Origin: an uncultured Atopobiaceae bacterium
GTDB lineage: Bacteria > Actinomycetota > Coriobacteriia > Coriobacteriales > Atopobiaceae
Length of the DNA stretch: 64,000 bases
Assembly (NCBI GenBank): GCA_910579165.1
Contig: CAJTTF010000002.1
Span: forward strand, 41,746-105,745
Direction of reading: 5' to 3'
In this document: positions 1-9,332 of the stretch, piece by piece
Position numbering within the stretch: the first letter of the stretch is position 1
How the letters are laid out: each line of letters begins with the position of its first letter
Notes under the pieces: model-generated
Seen by the model: the letters and a program-made list of their open reading frames with translations, nothing else
Told to the model about the DNA's origin: nothing
The model's database searches: none
Position numbers and translations under genes: made by a program

Positions 1-813
1 ACCGGGCTGAAGAGAGCCCGCTTCTACCTGCATTGCGCCCAGCCACAAGATGAAACAAATACCTCCATTAATGACAAGAAAGGTGGTCGGGTTAAGAATG
101 GCAGAAAGACCAGCAGCATAGGTCCCAGAACGCGCTAGTTCCGCCGTTGCTTCCTCAAAGCGCTTAGACTCGATTTTTTCTCGGCAAAAAGCCCTTATGA
201 CGCGCACGCCTGAGAGGTTTTCAGATACGAGAAGTCCAACCTTATCGAGCCACATCTGCATCGCCTGAAAGAAGGTGACTTGACGCTTCATAATCAAATA
301 GAACACGAGAGCAATGACAGGCAGGCAAATGAGAAATATGAGCCCGAGAGTGGGGCTTAAGACGAGCGCGCAAACAATGGCTCCCACAGCCAGGATTGGC
401 CAGCGAATGACTTGTCGTATTAGCATTGCGCAGGCAAGTTGAATCTGATTTGTGTCGTTTGTGATACGTGTAAGCAAAGAGGAGTGGCCAAAGCTATCCA
501 AATCTTGAAAAGACAGGCGGTTAACGTGGATAAAGAGCGCCTCCCTAATATGCGTACCTATCCCCTGGCTCGTTATAGATGCCATTTTTTGCGTTACGAG
601 TGTAAATAGAATGCCAAGTATGGCAAAGAGAATTAGAAGACCCCCACCAGCAAAAAGAACATGTACGTCGTTTGAAACAACACCTGCATCAATCATCCAT
701 GCAATAACGAGCGGGGTAAGAAGGTCAAAGATAACCTCCACTACCTTTGCAATGGGTCCTAGAGTAAGGAATGCCTTGTAGGGACCGAAGAATCTGCGAG
801 CAAGTTGAAGCAT
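1..813 (-). CDS. ABC transporter permease/ATP-binding protein, N-terminal transmembrane domain; the C-terminal part runs off the window
   Basis: Absent from the ORF track because there is no stop in the window. My own minus-strand translation from ATG at 813..811 gives MLQLARRFFGPYKAFLTLGPIAKVVEVIFDLLTPLVIAWMIDAGV...LSGVRVIRAFCREKIESKRFEE... It is 271 codons, open to position 1. The pattern is typical of an MsbA/MdlB-like ABC_membrane domain. Confidence 0.7.
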   Translation of the reverse strand, partial: MLQLARRFFGPYKAFLTLGPIAKVVEVIFDLLTPLVIAWMIDAGVVSNDVHVLFAGGGLLILFAILGILFTLVTQKMASITSQGIGTHIREALFIHVNRLSFQDLDSFGHSSLLTRITNDTNQIQLACAMLIRQVIRWPILAVGAIVCALVLSPTLGLIFLICLPVIALVFYLIMKRQVTFFQAMQMWLDKVGLLVSENLSGVRVIRAFCREKIESKRFEEATAELARSGTYAAGLSAILNPTTFLVINGGICFILWLGAMQVEAGSLQPG

Positions 814-828
814 TCCGAGATGGTTTTT

Positions 829-1731
829 CTAGGCCGATATGACTTGTTTATCCATGAGGAACGACTGCAGTTCCTCGAGAGGCTCACCCGAAATCATTTT
901 GTGAAGAAGCTCAATTTCAACTGCATAGCCATCGAAATCATTGGGTGTCTCTAATATGAAGGGTAGATTGGAAACACGAGGGTTGCACACAATCTGTTTG
1001 ATAGCCTCCAGACCAATCGTACCGTGCCCCAGTCTCTCGTGGCGATCCTTTTTGGAGCCGCACGTATTCTTTGAATCATTGAGATGAATGGCGCACAAGC
1101 GTGAAGGACCACAGACTGCCTCAAGCTCATTAAGGACGCTATCAAAATCAGTAGCAATGCTCATTCCTGCATCATGCGTATGACAGGTATCGAGGCAAAT
1201 ACCAATGCGATCATCATGGGTAACGCCATCGATGATTTGTTCGAGTTCGTCAAAATTTGAACCAATTTCCGTGCCTTTACCTGCCATTGTTTCAAGGAGC
1301 ACAATCGTCTTTTGATTCGGTTGAATAATATCGTTCAGGGCATCAATAATCTTGTTTATTCCAATGTGTCTCCCCTGCCCCGTGTGTGCACCGGGATGAA
1401 AATTGTAATAAACGGGATGTTTTGCGGCGATAATTTCAAGACGGTCGATGTCCTCGCGCATATTGTTGAGGCTTCTTTCGCGGATGCCTTCAGCTTGCGC
1501 AGCAAGATTGTAAACGTAGGGCGCATGCGCCACGAGAGGACCAAAATGGAAATCATGAAGATGCTGTAAGAGTTTGTCGATGTCGTCCATATCAAGCGTG
1601 CGCAGGGATCCGCCCCTAGGCGGACGTGGAAAGAAGGCAAACGTATCAGCGTTTGCATCGTGTGCGACGAGTGGCATATTTGCCCAGCTACCAGAAGTAC
1701 TTACATGCCATCCAAAGTAAGCCATTACCAA
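829..1731 (-). CDS. nfo: Endonuclease IV (AP endonuclease family 2)
   Basis: The 300 aa ORF carries HAPYVYNLA, HPGAH, LLETMAGKGTE, CLDTCHTHDAG and HLNDSKN..GSKKDRHE..GHGTIG, the metal-binding blocks of Nfo. Confidence 0.9.
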   Translation of the reverse strand: MVMAYFGWHVSTSGSWANMPLVAHDANADTFAFFPRPPRGGSLRTLDMDDIDKLLQHLHDFHFGPLVAHAPYVYNLAAQAEGIRERSLNNMREDIDRLEIIAAKHPVYYNFHPGAHTGQGRHIGINKIIDALNDIIQPNQKTIVLLETMAGKGTEIGSNFDELEQIIDGVTHDDRIGICLDTCHTHDAGMSIATDFDSVLNELEAVCGPSRLCAIHLNDSKNTCGSKKDRHERLGHGTIGLEAIKQIVCNPRVSNLPFILETPNDFDGYAVEIELLHKMISGEPLEELQSFLMDKQVISA

Positions 1732-1776
1732 TCCTTATCATCCTTAAAACACATTACGCCGATGAATTCCGTATTA

Positions 1777-2607
1777 TTATTGCTTTTGAATAAGAAGAAT
1801 TCTACGGCAATAGGGACATCTCTGAATTGCTGAAACGTCTTCGTTAAGAGACGCAAGCGCAGAAGGCTGAAGCTCTACTCGGCAAACACTTGGCTTGCTT
1901 CCCTCAAGCTTTTCAACGGCAAGCCCTTTGAATTGAGCTTGTGCTTCTGTGTAGGAATCGTAGAGGGTTGGTCCCAGTTGAGAGACGATACCCTCTCTTT
2001 CCTTGTGGAGATCTTTTACCTGTGAGCGCATCTCTGTAGTGGCTTGTTCTACTTGCATCTGTGCGTTCGCAAGGGCCTGGGTAAGTTGATCGTCTTTTCT
2101 TTTAAGCTGGTTCATCTCATCTTGTAATGCCAAGAGCTGAGAAGAAGTCTGCGCAGAGACATAGTCGATCTTGTCACGTTTTTTTGCGAGATCAGAAAGA
2201 GCAAGCTCGGCATTGGCAAGGGCCCTGTGATCGCTTGGATTATCTTGAATCTGCTGGGTAAGCCGTTCTCTATCCTCTTCGATTTGGGCGCGTCTTACTT
2301 TAAAATCACCAGTCTCTATCTCAAGATCCTTAATTTTTCCTGTTAAATCGAGACAGCGTTTTGCAACCTTCCTTTTCTCTGTTTGAGCAAGCTTAATAGT
2401 CTTTATTGCCTTCAAACCTTTCAACTTTTCCTGTAATTGCAGGAGAGTGAGATCGATAGTTTGCAGACGATCAAGAAAGCTTGCATCAACAGAGGATTCG
2501 GAAAAAGACTCACGGGGAAAGCCTTTGCTTATATGAGATGAGAAATCATTCACGGGACTCTCCTCTATCCGTTTTAAAGTGTTATTTGCGCAGTGGCTAA
2601 TGCGCAA
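1777..2607 (-). CDS. Coiled-coil protein with C-terminal zinc-ribbon-like CPYCRRIL motif (COG1579/DUF164-like)
   Basis: Long heptad-rich Q/E/K/L sequence ending in CPYCRRILL. It lies downstream of a NIF3-family gene, a commonly conserved pairing. The likely true start is GTG at 2553, preceded by GAGGAG at a 6-nt spacing. Confidence 0.7.
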   Translation of the reverse strand: MRISHCANNTLKRIEESPVNDFSSHISKGFPRESFSESSVDASFLDRLQTIDLTLLQLQEKLKGLKAIKTIKLAQTEKRKVAKRCLDLTGKIKDLEIETGDFKVRRAQIEEDRERLTQQIQDNPSDHRALANAELALSDLAKKRDKIDYVSAQTSSQLLALQDEMNQLKRKDDQLTQALANAQMQVEQATTEMRSQVKDLHKEREGIVSQLGPTLYDSYTEAQAQFKGLAVEKLEGSKPSVCRVELQPSALASLNEDVSAIQRCPYCRRILLIQKQ

Positions 2608-2675
2608 AGATCATTCTGTGTGGATGTGGTCCAGAGGGATTTGCTATGTAGGGTTTCTGGGCACATGCGGAGCAT

Positions 2676-3695
2676 TTATTTTACTCTCATCAGTAGAGGC
2701 TTACCCTTAATACTCACGATTTTATGATTAGTAAGGACAGAGGAGATAAGCTCACGTAAAAGCGGAACATAAGGCTCCTCGGATGCGTCATGGCCAAGTT
2801 CTATCAGGGTCGCTCCTGACAGGATAAGATCAAGCGCTGTATGGTAGTGAACCTCTCCGCATACAATGAGATTAACCTCGCGCTTTAACGCGGCAATCCC
2901 TAGATTCTTGTCCAGTGATCCAGAACAAAATGCCATGCGTACTGGATTGCGTCTGGCCAAAGAAAGCGTGCCGGCGCCCAGGATTTGGGCATGACATTGG
3001 AACCTATCTGCAAATGATTCGGCTATTTTTGCCACGGAATCACCTGAGCTACTGAAGATGCCCCCGTAGCATCCCCTGAGAGATCCTTGCGCGTGAGGGA
3101 AATTTGCAAGGTTGCCACGGATTGGCGCCGAGAGTAGATTTGAGGGAGCGGAAGAGGAAGAGGAAGATCGTGCGAGGGTTCGCGTCAAATACCCTGGAAT
3201 GTCTTTAATAAAAGCCTTTATCGCTGTAGAACGGTGTCGAAACGTCTTCGAGAAACGACAACGTTCTTGCTGAGCAGGATCTATTACTCGTTCGATAAAG
3301 TCGTAACCCGTAAGGTGACCCGGGAGACGTATCGCCTCATCCGAAACGTCCAGGTTAGTATGAAGGGCAATAATTGCTACGTCCAGTTCCCGAGCCTTTG
3401 CAAGGGTCGCCTGCGCGATTGAAGTGTCAAGCCCATAGGCGTCGCGAGACGGGAGCGTTGGTCGTTTACCTAGAAATGCCGGGTGGTGTGATACCAATAC
3501 ATTGCATCCTTCTTGCGCTGATTCCTCAATAGTTTTTGCCGTGGCGTTAAGAGCTATGGCAACTCCTTTTAGATGAGCACGCGCATCTCCCTGCAAAAGG
3601 CCAACGTTGTCCCATGGTTCCGCATCTGTTGCAGGAAACATATTTAACAGAAATGCGGAAAGCTGACCTACGGTAGTGATATCAATCGTCTCCAT
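2676..3695 (-). CDS. NIF3-family dinuclear metal centre protein (GTP cyclohydrolase 1 type 2 homologue family)
   Basis: HHPAFL, ALHTNLD and EVHYHT blocks. I place the start at METIDITT (ATG at 3695), which has GAAGGA upstream and lies 2 nt after the mnmA stop. The track ORF extends to 3758 and would overlap mnmA. There is a Ser-rich insertion in the middle. Confidence 0.8.
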   Translation of the reverse strand: METIDITTVGQLSAFLLNMFPATDAEPWDNVGLLQGDARAHLKGVAIALNATAKTIEESAQEGCNVLVSHHPAFLGKRPTLPSRDAYGLDTSIAQATLAKARELDVAIIALHTNLDVSDEAIRLPGHLTGYDFIERVIDPAQQERCRFSKTFRHRSTAIKAFIKDIPGYLTRTLARSSSSSSAPSNLLSAPIRGNLANFPHAQGSLRGCYGGIFSSSGDSVAKIAESFADRFQCHAQILGAGTLSLARRNPVRMAFCSGSLDKNLGIAALKREVNLIVCGEVHYHTALDLILSGATLIELGHDASEEPYVPLLRELISSVLTNHKIVSIKGKPLLMRVK

Positions 3696-3697
3696 CT

Positions 3698-4777
3698 TTA
3701 TCCTTCTTTTTCGATGATCCCCGAACCAAGAACGACCTTTCCGGAATAAAGGGCGCATATTTGCCCCGGAGCAGCAAGAATGGGATTCTCACAATAGACA
3801 CGTAAGGAATCTCCTTTTTTCTCAAACCTTGCAGGAATTGATTGGGAGCGATAATGAGTTTGCACCTCAATAGAGTTTTCGTTCATAAAAAGAGTGCCCT
3901 CTTTAATGTTGAGCGTTAGTTGTGCGATGGAAAATGTTGTGGTGAGCGGGCGCTCTCCTTTTACGAGAATAATTTCGTTCGTAATTTCATGAATCGCCTT
4001 TACAAACCATGGACCGCCAGGTAGCCCTATTCTCTTCCGTTGTCCTACGGTATAGAGAGCTATTCCTCTGTGTTTCCCTAATACGGTGCCCTTTTCGTCG
4101 ATGAAGTTTCCTTCACGAAAAGCACTTGGCACGGCAGTCCTCAAGAGATCAGTATAGACACGTCCCGCTGCAAAGCAGATATCGTTCGATTCTTCCATGT
4201 CGCTAACGGGGAGATTCTGATTGGAAGCGTCTTTGCGCACGCTCTGCTTTTTCTCGTCCTGAAGGGGGAAATAGAGGTGCTTGATTTGATCAGATGGGAG
4301 CCTTGAAAGAAAGTAGCTCTGATCCTTAGAAGTATCCGCACCGCGCCCTATAAACGTCTTTCCTTCTGAATCTGTGTACAGGGACGCATAATGGCCAGTA
4401 GCAACAAACGGTATCTCCTTGCTTTTCGCGGCCTCCAAAAGAAGGGGAACTTTTACGTGTTGATTGCAAAGAGCACAAGGGCATGGAGTAAGACCTGCGC
4501 TATAGCTCTCCTCGAAATAGGTGCGTACATGCTGTTTAAAGGCTTCCCCTGCATCAATAGCCTCAAAAGGAACCCCCAGCTTGCGGCAGAGCTCCTCAGC
4601 CATACGAAGATGACTAGAATCCGGGATGGGAAAAGGCTCCGCCTGCAAGAGCAACATAGCTGCCGTGAGTTTTGCCTTATTGTTCTTGAGCCGAATAAGC
4701 GAGGCGGATGAATCGAGACCTCCTGAAATGCCAAGGAGAATGGAGGAAGCTTCTGGTGTGTAGGGGCAAAATTCCAT
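3698..4777 (-). CDS. mnmA: tRNA 2-thiouridine(34) synthase
   Basis: PP-loop GISGGLDSS, a CPCALCN cysteine pair, and a size of 359 aa. Confidence 0.9.
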   Translation of the reverse strand: MEFCPYTPEASSILLGISGGLDSSASLIRLKNNKAKLTAAMLLLQAEPFPIPDSSHLRMAEELCRKLGVPFEAIDAGEAFKQHVRTYFEESYSAGLTPCPCALCNQHVKVPLLLEAAKSKEIPFVATGHYASLYTDSEGKTFIGRGADTSKDQSYFLSRLPSDQIKHLYFPLQDEKKQSVRKDASNQNLPVSDMEESNDICFAAGRVYTDLLRTAVPSAFREGNFIDEKGTVLGKHRGIALYTVGQRKRIGLPGGPWFVKAIHEITNEIILVKGERPLTTTFSIAQLTLNIKEGTLFMNENSIEVQTHYRSQSIPARFEKKGDSLRVYCENPILAAPGQICALYSGKVVLGSGIIEKEG

Positions 4778-4799
4778 TAGCGTTTATGAACCGTAAGTT

Positions 4800-5993
4800 C
4801 TAAGAAAGGGATTTTTGTACGACGTCGAGAAGGGCTTCAGAAAAAGCGGCGAGCTCGACCTTGCTCACTCGCTCATCAAAAGAGATGCGCAAAGAACTTG
4901 AAGCCTCTGCGTTGGAAAAGCCCATAGCGCGCAAGACTTTTGACCCGTGAGCAACACCCTGGGTGCATGCAGACGCTGCTGAAACATAAAATCCTCGCGC
5001 ATCAAGTGCAAGCAAAAGCGTTTCGGAGTCAGTTGCTTTAACATAGGCAGAAACTATACCTGGAACGCGGATTGGAGCATTCGTGCATGTAGAATCCGCA
5101 TATAAAGTTGAATGAATACCACTCTCAGGCGTAAAAATGCGCGCTTCAAGATAATTGGTTTTATCAACGAGTTCAGCTGTGCGCCTATCGGTAGTCTCGT
5201 ATAGATATGCAACGGTATCGCCCAGGGCTACATTTCCCGCAGTGTTCTGTGTCCCGGGACGACGCCCTTTTTCCTGTCCCCCACCAAACATTTGGTTAAC
5301 GTAGGCAGCGTTGCGTTTAATGAGCATTGCTCCAGTTCCTTGCGGCGCGCCAAGTTTATGACCGGCAAACGCGAGCGCATCAATTGCTTCATAGGGCAAC
5401 GAAGTCTTGCAAAACGCCTGGACTGCATCGACGAAGAGCCGAGCGCCGGCGCGGTGTGCAATATCGGCCACACCGGCGATGTCTTGCACAACTCCCGTTT
5501 CGTTATTTGCTCCCATCACTGCAACGAGCGCGCACGTATTGTCAATGCGATTTTCTAGGAAAGAAAGGTCGAGAAGACCGTCTCCTGATGCCGGAATGGT
5601 GTTAACTACAAAGCCGCGTCGTTCAAGCGGAGAAGTTAGTTCTGAAACTGCATCGTGTTCAAGCGCAGAAAGATAGAGCACGTTCCTCGTCGGGTTTTCT
5701 CTGCGCATGCCTTCTGCCATACCGAGAAGAGCAAGATTGATCGCCTCTGTAGCGCCGCCCGTAAAGTACGCTTCGGTAGGTTTGAAAGCACCTTCTGTAG
5801 GAAGAAGTATTTGTCGACGTGCTGTTTCAAGCGCTTCAGAAATCTTTCTTCCATATGTATGGAGCGATAAAGGATTTGCTCCAGCCCAAGGCTGATCATA
5901 AAAGTCCCTTAAAGAATTGCGCGCGACGTCTCTTAGAGGAACAGAGGCGGCATAATCCAAATAGACGTGAGAGTTCTCTTGAGTAGTGCTCAT
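4800..5993 (-). CDS. Cysteine desulfurase (class V aminotransferase, NifS/IscS/YrvO-like)
   Basis: GGATEAINL, a DAVQ block, HKLGAPQGTGAL (PLP lysine region), RPGTQN and SAASACT (active-site Cys loop). It lies directly upstream of mnmA, as in the Bacillus YrvO-MnmA pair. Confidence 0.85.
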   Translation of the reverse strand: MSTTQENSHVYLDYAASVPLRDVARNSLRDFYDQPWAGANPLSLHTYGRKISEALETARRQILLPTEGAFKPTEAYFTGGATEAINLALLGMAEGMRRENPTRNVLYLSALEHDAVSELTSPLERRGFVVNTIPASGDGLLDLSFLENRIDNTCALVAVMGANNETGVVQDIAGVADIAHRAGARLFVDAVQAFCKTSLPYEAIDALAFAGHKLGAPQGTGAMLIKRNAAYVNQMFGGGQEKGRRPGTQNTAGNVALGDTVAYLYETTDRRTAELVDKTNYLEARIFTPESGIHSTLYADSTCTNAPIRVPGIVSAYVKATDSETLLLALDARGFYVSAASACTQGVAHGSKVLRAMGFSNAEASSSLRISFDERVSKVELAAFSEALLDVVQKSLS

Positions 5994-5999
5994 TCCAAA

Positions 6000-6695
6000 T
6001 TATGCTAATTGCGAGAGTCCTTGTCTTGCCGCATGGAGGAGCGAAGAAATCGCCGCCTGGCGATCCGCATGAGAAAAGATGGACGAACCAGCCACAAGAA
6101 CATCGGCCCCCGATTTAATGATCTCCGCAGCGTTTGTGCACGAAATACCGCCATCAACCTCAATACGAGGCTGTACACGGTTAAGGCCTGCAAGGTGACG
6201 AAGACGACGTATCTTATCAAGTGTTCGCGGTATGAAGGCTTGTCCTCCAAAGCCGGGATTGACACTCATGATAAGGACCATATCGACATCGGTGATAATG
6301 TCTTCTAAGAGACTGATGGGCGTTGCAGGATTGAGGGAAACCGAAGCATAGATCCCCGCATCGTGTATTTGTTGAATCAAACGATTCGCATGATTCGTCG
6401 CTTCAATGTGAAAAGTAATGATGTCTGGTTGTGCTTTGATAAAGGCTTGCAGCGCAGTGTCGGGATTTGAAATCATGAGATGTGCATCGACGAGGCCTCC
6501 AAAGTTCTGACGCGCAAGCCGAACAGCTTCTGGTCCAAACGAAATATTTGGTACAAAATGACCATCCATGACGTCAACATGAACAAGATCAGCGTTGGAA
6601 ATTGAGGCAATTTCGTGCGCGAGGTTGCCAAAATTGGCAGCAAGCAAGGATGGAGCAATAAGAAGATCCTTTGTAGCAAGAATGCGATCAGCCAT
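6000..6695 (-). CDS. rpe: Ribulose-phosphate 3-epimerase
   Basis: PSLLAANF, HVDVMDGHFVPN, MSVNPGFGGQAFI and VDGGI. Start chosen at MADRIL (ATG at 6695), which has AGGAGG 9 nt upstream. The track ORF to 6908 overlaps the plsY tail. Confidence 0.9.
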   Translation of the reverse strand: MADRILATKDLLIAPSLLAANFGNLAHEIASISNADLVHVDVMDGHFVPNISFGPEAVRLARQNFGGLVDAHLMISNPDTALQAFIKAQPDIITFHIEATNHANRLIQQIHDAGIYASVSLNPATPISLLEDIITDVDMVLIMSVNPGFGGQAFIPRTLDKIRRLRHLAGLNRVQPRIEVDGGISCTNAAEIIKSGADVLVAGSSIFSHADRQAAISSLLHAARQGLSQLA

Positions 6696-6699
6696 AGCG

Positions 6700-7617
6700 C
6701 TAATCCTCCTCATCATGGTTCGTTTTGTTGCTATCAGTTGTATTGCGTCCATCGGATTTGAGGTGTTCAACGCACTTTTGTACATGGGAAGTGACCACCG
6801 GTTCGCTTCCAAAAAACACGCTTGTTCCCTGTTCGGGAAGATCTTTGCCCGTGTCGGAACGCTTTCCCTCTGTAAAGACGGGTTCCTCAAGGCGGATTTC
6901 TTCATCAAGTCCTGGATCTAACAGCGCGTCAAGCTGTTGGCTTTCCCGTGAGCCGCTTAGCTTGGGTTCTAAGCCTTTTCGAAGTCTACGGAGATTCTTT
7001 CGATGTGCCCAGATGACAATGATAGCAATGAGCACAAAAGGCATTTCAAAAGAAATTGAGACGGGGTAGTAAATAAAGAAGGCAAGGAATGGTAGCGCGG
7101 CTGCAGAGGCAATAGACCCAACAGAAACATAGCGAGTTGGAAAGCAGCAGATCCCCCATACGACAATTAAGCCAAGTGCAATAGGCCAGCTAAAACCAAG
7201 GGCTGCTCCAAAACCAACGGCTATCCCCTTTCCTCCTTTGAACTTGAGATATGGACTGAACACATGACCACAAATAGCAGCAAGAAAAATAAAAGCAGAT
7301 ACCCATGCGTGCTGCGGAAGATAGGGCTCGTCGGGCAAGAAATACACGGGTGGCACTAACAAAACAAGAGCGATAATACGCACACCAAAATAGGTGCAGA
7401 CAAATCCTTTTGCAATATCCAAAACTGCGGTCAGTACACCGGCAAAAAAATTAACTTCTCGCGAAACATTAGTAGCACCAATGTTTTTTGAGCCCACCGT
7501 TCGGGGGTCAGTGCCCAATGCATGTCCAACTAAGAGGCCAAAGGGAATTCCGCACACAAAAAAGGTGCCAAGCATTACAAGCAAAAGGCTAATTATTAAA
7601 AATGAAGGAGTAACCAT
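6700..7617 (-). CDS. plsY: Glycerol-3-phosphate acyltransferase PlsY with an acidic C-terminal extension of about 95 aa
   Basis: GSKNIGATNV and HVFSPYLKFKGGKG motifs with multiple TM segments. Start chosen at MVTPSFLII (ATG at 7617, AAGGAA upstream). Confidence 0.85.
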   Translation of the reverse strand: MVTPSFLIISLLLVMLGTFFVCGIPFGLLVGHALGTDPRTVGSKNIGATNVSREVNFFAGVLTAVLDIAKGFVCTYFGVRIIALVLLVPPVYFLPDEPYLPQHAWVSAFIFLAAICGHVFSPYLKFKGGKGIAVGFGAALGFSWPIALGLIVVWGICCFPTRYVSVGSIASAAALPFLAFFIYYPVSISFEMPFVLIAIIVIWAHRKNLRRLRKGLEPKLSGSRESQQLDALLDPGLDEEIRLEEPVFTEGKRSDTGKDLPEQGTSVFFGSEPVVTSHVQKCVEHLKSDGRNTTDSNKTNHDEED

Positions 7618-7697
7618 TGTATTATTCCTTGCTGGGTTGCAATTGTCATATACCAGGTTTAAAAGTAGTATCCCGCGGTAGCGCAACGGGCGAACGC

Positions 7698-9221
7698 CTA
7701 GCGATTTTTCATCTTGTCTTTGGGTCTAAATTTTAGAACAACTGGCGTTCCAATAAGGTTGAAAGTCTCGCGCAGTCTATTTTCAAGAAAGCGTTTATAG
7801 CCTTCGTCGACAATTTTTGGATGATTGCAGAAAAACGTAATCACTGGAGGATTGAAGCCCGTTTGCGTAGCGTAAGTCATACGAAGTTTCTGTTTGCCTT
7901 CTATGACCGTGTGTCCCGTTTCTCTTACGGTTGCGAGAAAAACATTAAGTTCATGGGTTGGAATCTTCCGAGAACGATTCTTTGCAACCTCCGCAATGAG
8001 TGGCCATATCTTAGAAATAGAACGACCGCTCAGTGCCGATATCCGCAAGACAGGAGCAAAGCGAGCAAAATCGAGACGTCTCGCTACGCTCTCCATACAC
8101 CGATCACGAGCCTCTTCTCTGTTCTTTAACAGATCCCACTTATTAAGAAGGACAATGACCCCTGCCCCCTTATCCAAAGCAAGTTGTGCGATCTTTTGGT
8201 CTTGCTCGGAAACACCCTCAAAAGCATCAATGATGAGAAGGCATACATCAGCCTCTTCTATGGCGGCAAGTCCTCGAACATATGAGTAATACTCAATATC
8301 TTCCGATACCTTTGCCTTTTTTCTGAGACCTGCGGTGTCTATGAATCGAAACGTTTCTCCTTCATGCACTACGTCAATATTAATGGCATCACGCGTGGTG
8401 CCTGCAACGTCAGAGACAATGACGCGCTCCTGTCGTGCAACTCGATTGATGAACGACGACTTCCCTACATTCGGTCTGCCGATAATAGCAACGCGAAGCG
8501 GGGTGTCATCGTCAATGTGGGCTTCTGACGCCCCCGCATTCTTTCGCCCTTGTTCTCCCCCGGCAGACGTATCGCTGTCTGAAAAGGGGATGTTGAGTGA
8601 GCCGCTTGCGTGTTGAAATCTGTCGTCAACGTCATCTACGCACGCTTTGAACCCATGATGTTCCGGATGGGCCATAGTCTCTGATTTTGGTATGTGTTCC
8701 CTAGAATTACTTGCGTTTGTTTCCTCCAAGAGCTTCGTGATCCTATCGAGTAGGTCACCTGTACCAGTTCCGTGCAGGCCGCTTAAAGGTACCATTGAGG
8801 ACACTCCGAGCTTATAAAAATCATACAAAAGATCCTCGCGTGCAGGATTGTCCACTTTGTTCACAGCGAGAAGGGTAGGCTTATCAGACTTTTTGAGAAT
8901 CTTAGAAACCAATTCATCGTCTGCAGTGAGACCAAGAGTTGCGTCCACTACGAAGAGAATAGCATCAGCTTCGCGCGTAGCAGCAAGCGCTTGACTACGT
9001 ATTTCAGCATTGAAGGCTGACTTGGAGCTCTCTGCCTCAATGCCCCCCGTATCAATAAAGACGAGTTTACGTCCATTCCAGTCGGTTTCATGATAGGAGC
9101 GATCACGCGTAACACCAGCTGATTCGTGTACTATTGCGGCTTTCGTCTGTGTGAGGCGGTTGATGAGGGTAGACTTTCCCACATTGGGGCACCCCACAAC
9201 TGCTATATAGTCTTTTTGCAT
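7698..9221 (-). CDS. der: Ribosome-associated GTPase Der/EngA (two tandem GTPase domains plus a KH-like domain)
   Basis: The first domain has GCPNVGKST/DTGG/NKVD and the second has GRPNVGKSS/DTAG/NKWD. A linker of about 70 aa separates the two domains. Confidence 0.9.
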   Translation of the reverse strand: MQKDYIAVVGCPNVGKSTLINRLTQTKAAIVHESAGVTRDRSYHETDWNGRKLVFIDTGGIEAESSKSAFNAEIRSQALAATREADAILFVVDATLGLTADDELVSKILKKSDKPTLLAVNKVDNPAREDLLYDFYKLGVSSMVPLSGLHGTGTGDLLDRITKLLEETNASNSREHIPKSETMAHPEHHGFKACVDDVDDRFQHASGSLNIPFSDSDTSAGGEQGRKNAGASEAHIDDDTPLRVAIIGRPNVGKSSFINRVARQERVIVSDVAGTTRDAINIDVVHEGETFRFIDTAGLRKKAKVSEDIEYYSYVRGLAAIEEADVCLLIIDAFEGVSEQDQKIAQLALDKGAGVIVLLNKWDLLKNREEARDRCMESVARRLDFARFAPVLRISALSGRSISKIWPLIAEVAKNRSRKIPTHELNVFLATVRETGHTVIEGKQKLRMTYATQTGFNPPVITFFCNHPKIVDEGYKRFLENRLRETFNLIGTPVVLKFRPKDKMKNR

Positions 9222-9265
9222 CTAGAAATCCTTTGTTATTCAGCATGATTTTAAACGAAAATGCA

Positions 9266-9303
9266 TTGACGTAGACGAAGAAGAGGACTAACGTAGCTAC
9301 GTT
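9266..9303 (+). promoter_or_regulatory. Candidate promoter (-35 TTGACG, 17 nt spacer, -10 TAACGT) overlapped by a perfect 14-bp palindrome AACGTAGCTACGTT
   Basis: Read directly: TTGACG at 9266..9271, TAACGT at 9289..9294, and the palindrome at 9290..9303. It lies 30 nt upstream of the 9333 start codon. Confidence 0.4.
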
Positions 9304-9332
9304 GGTAAAAGCAAAGATGACAAGGAGAAACT

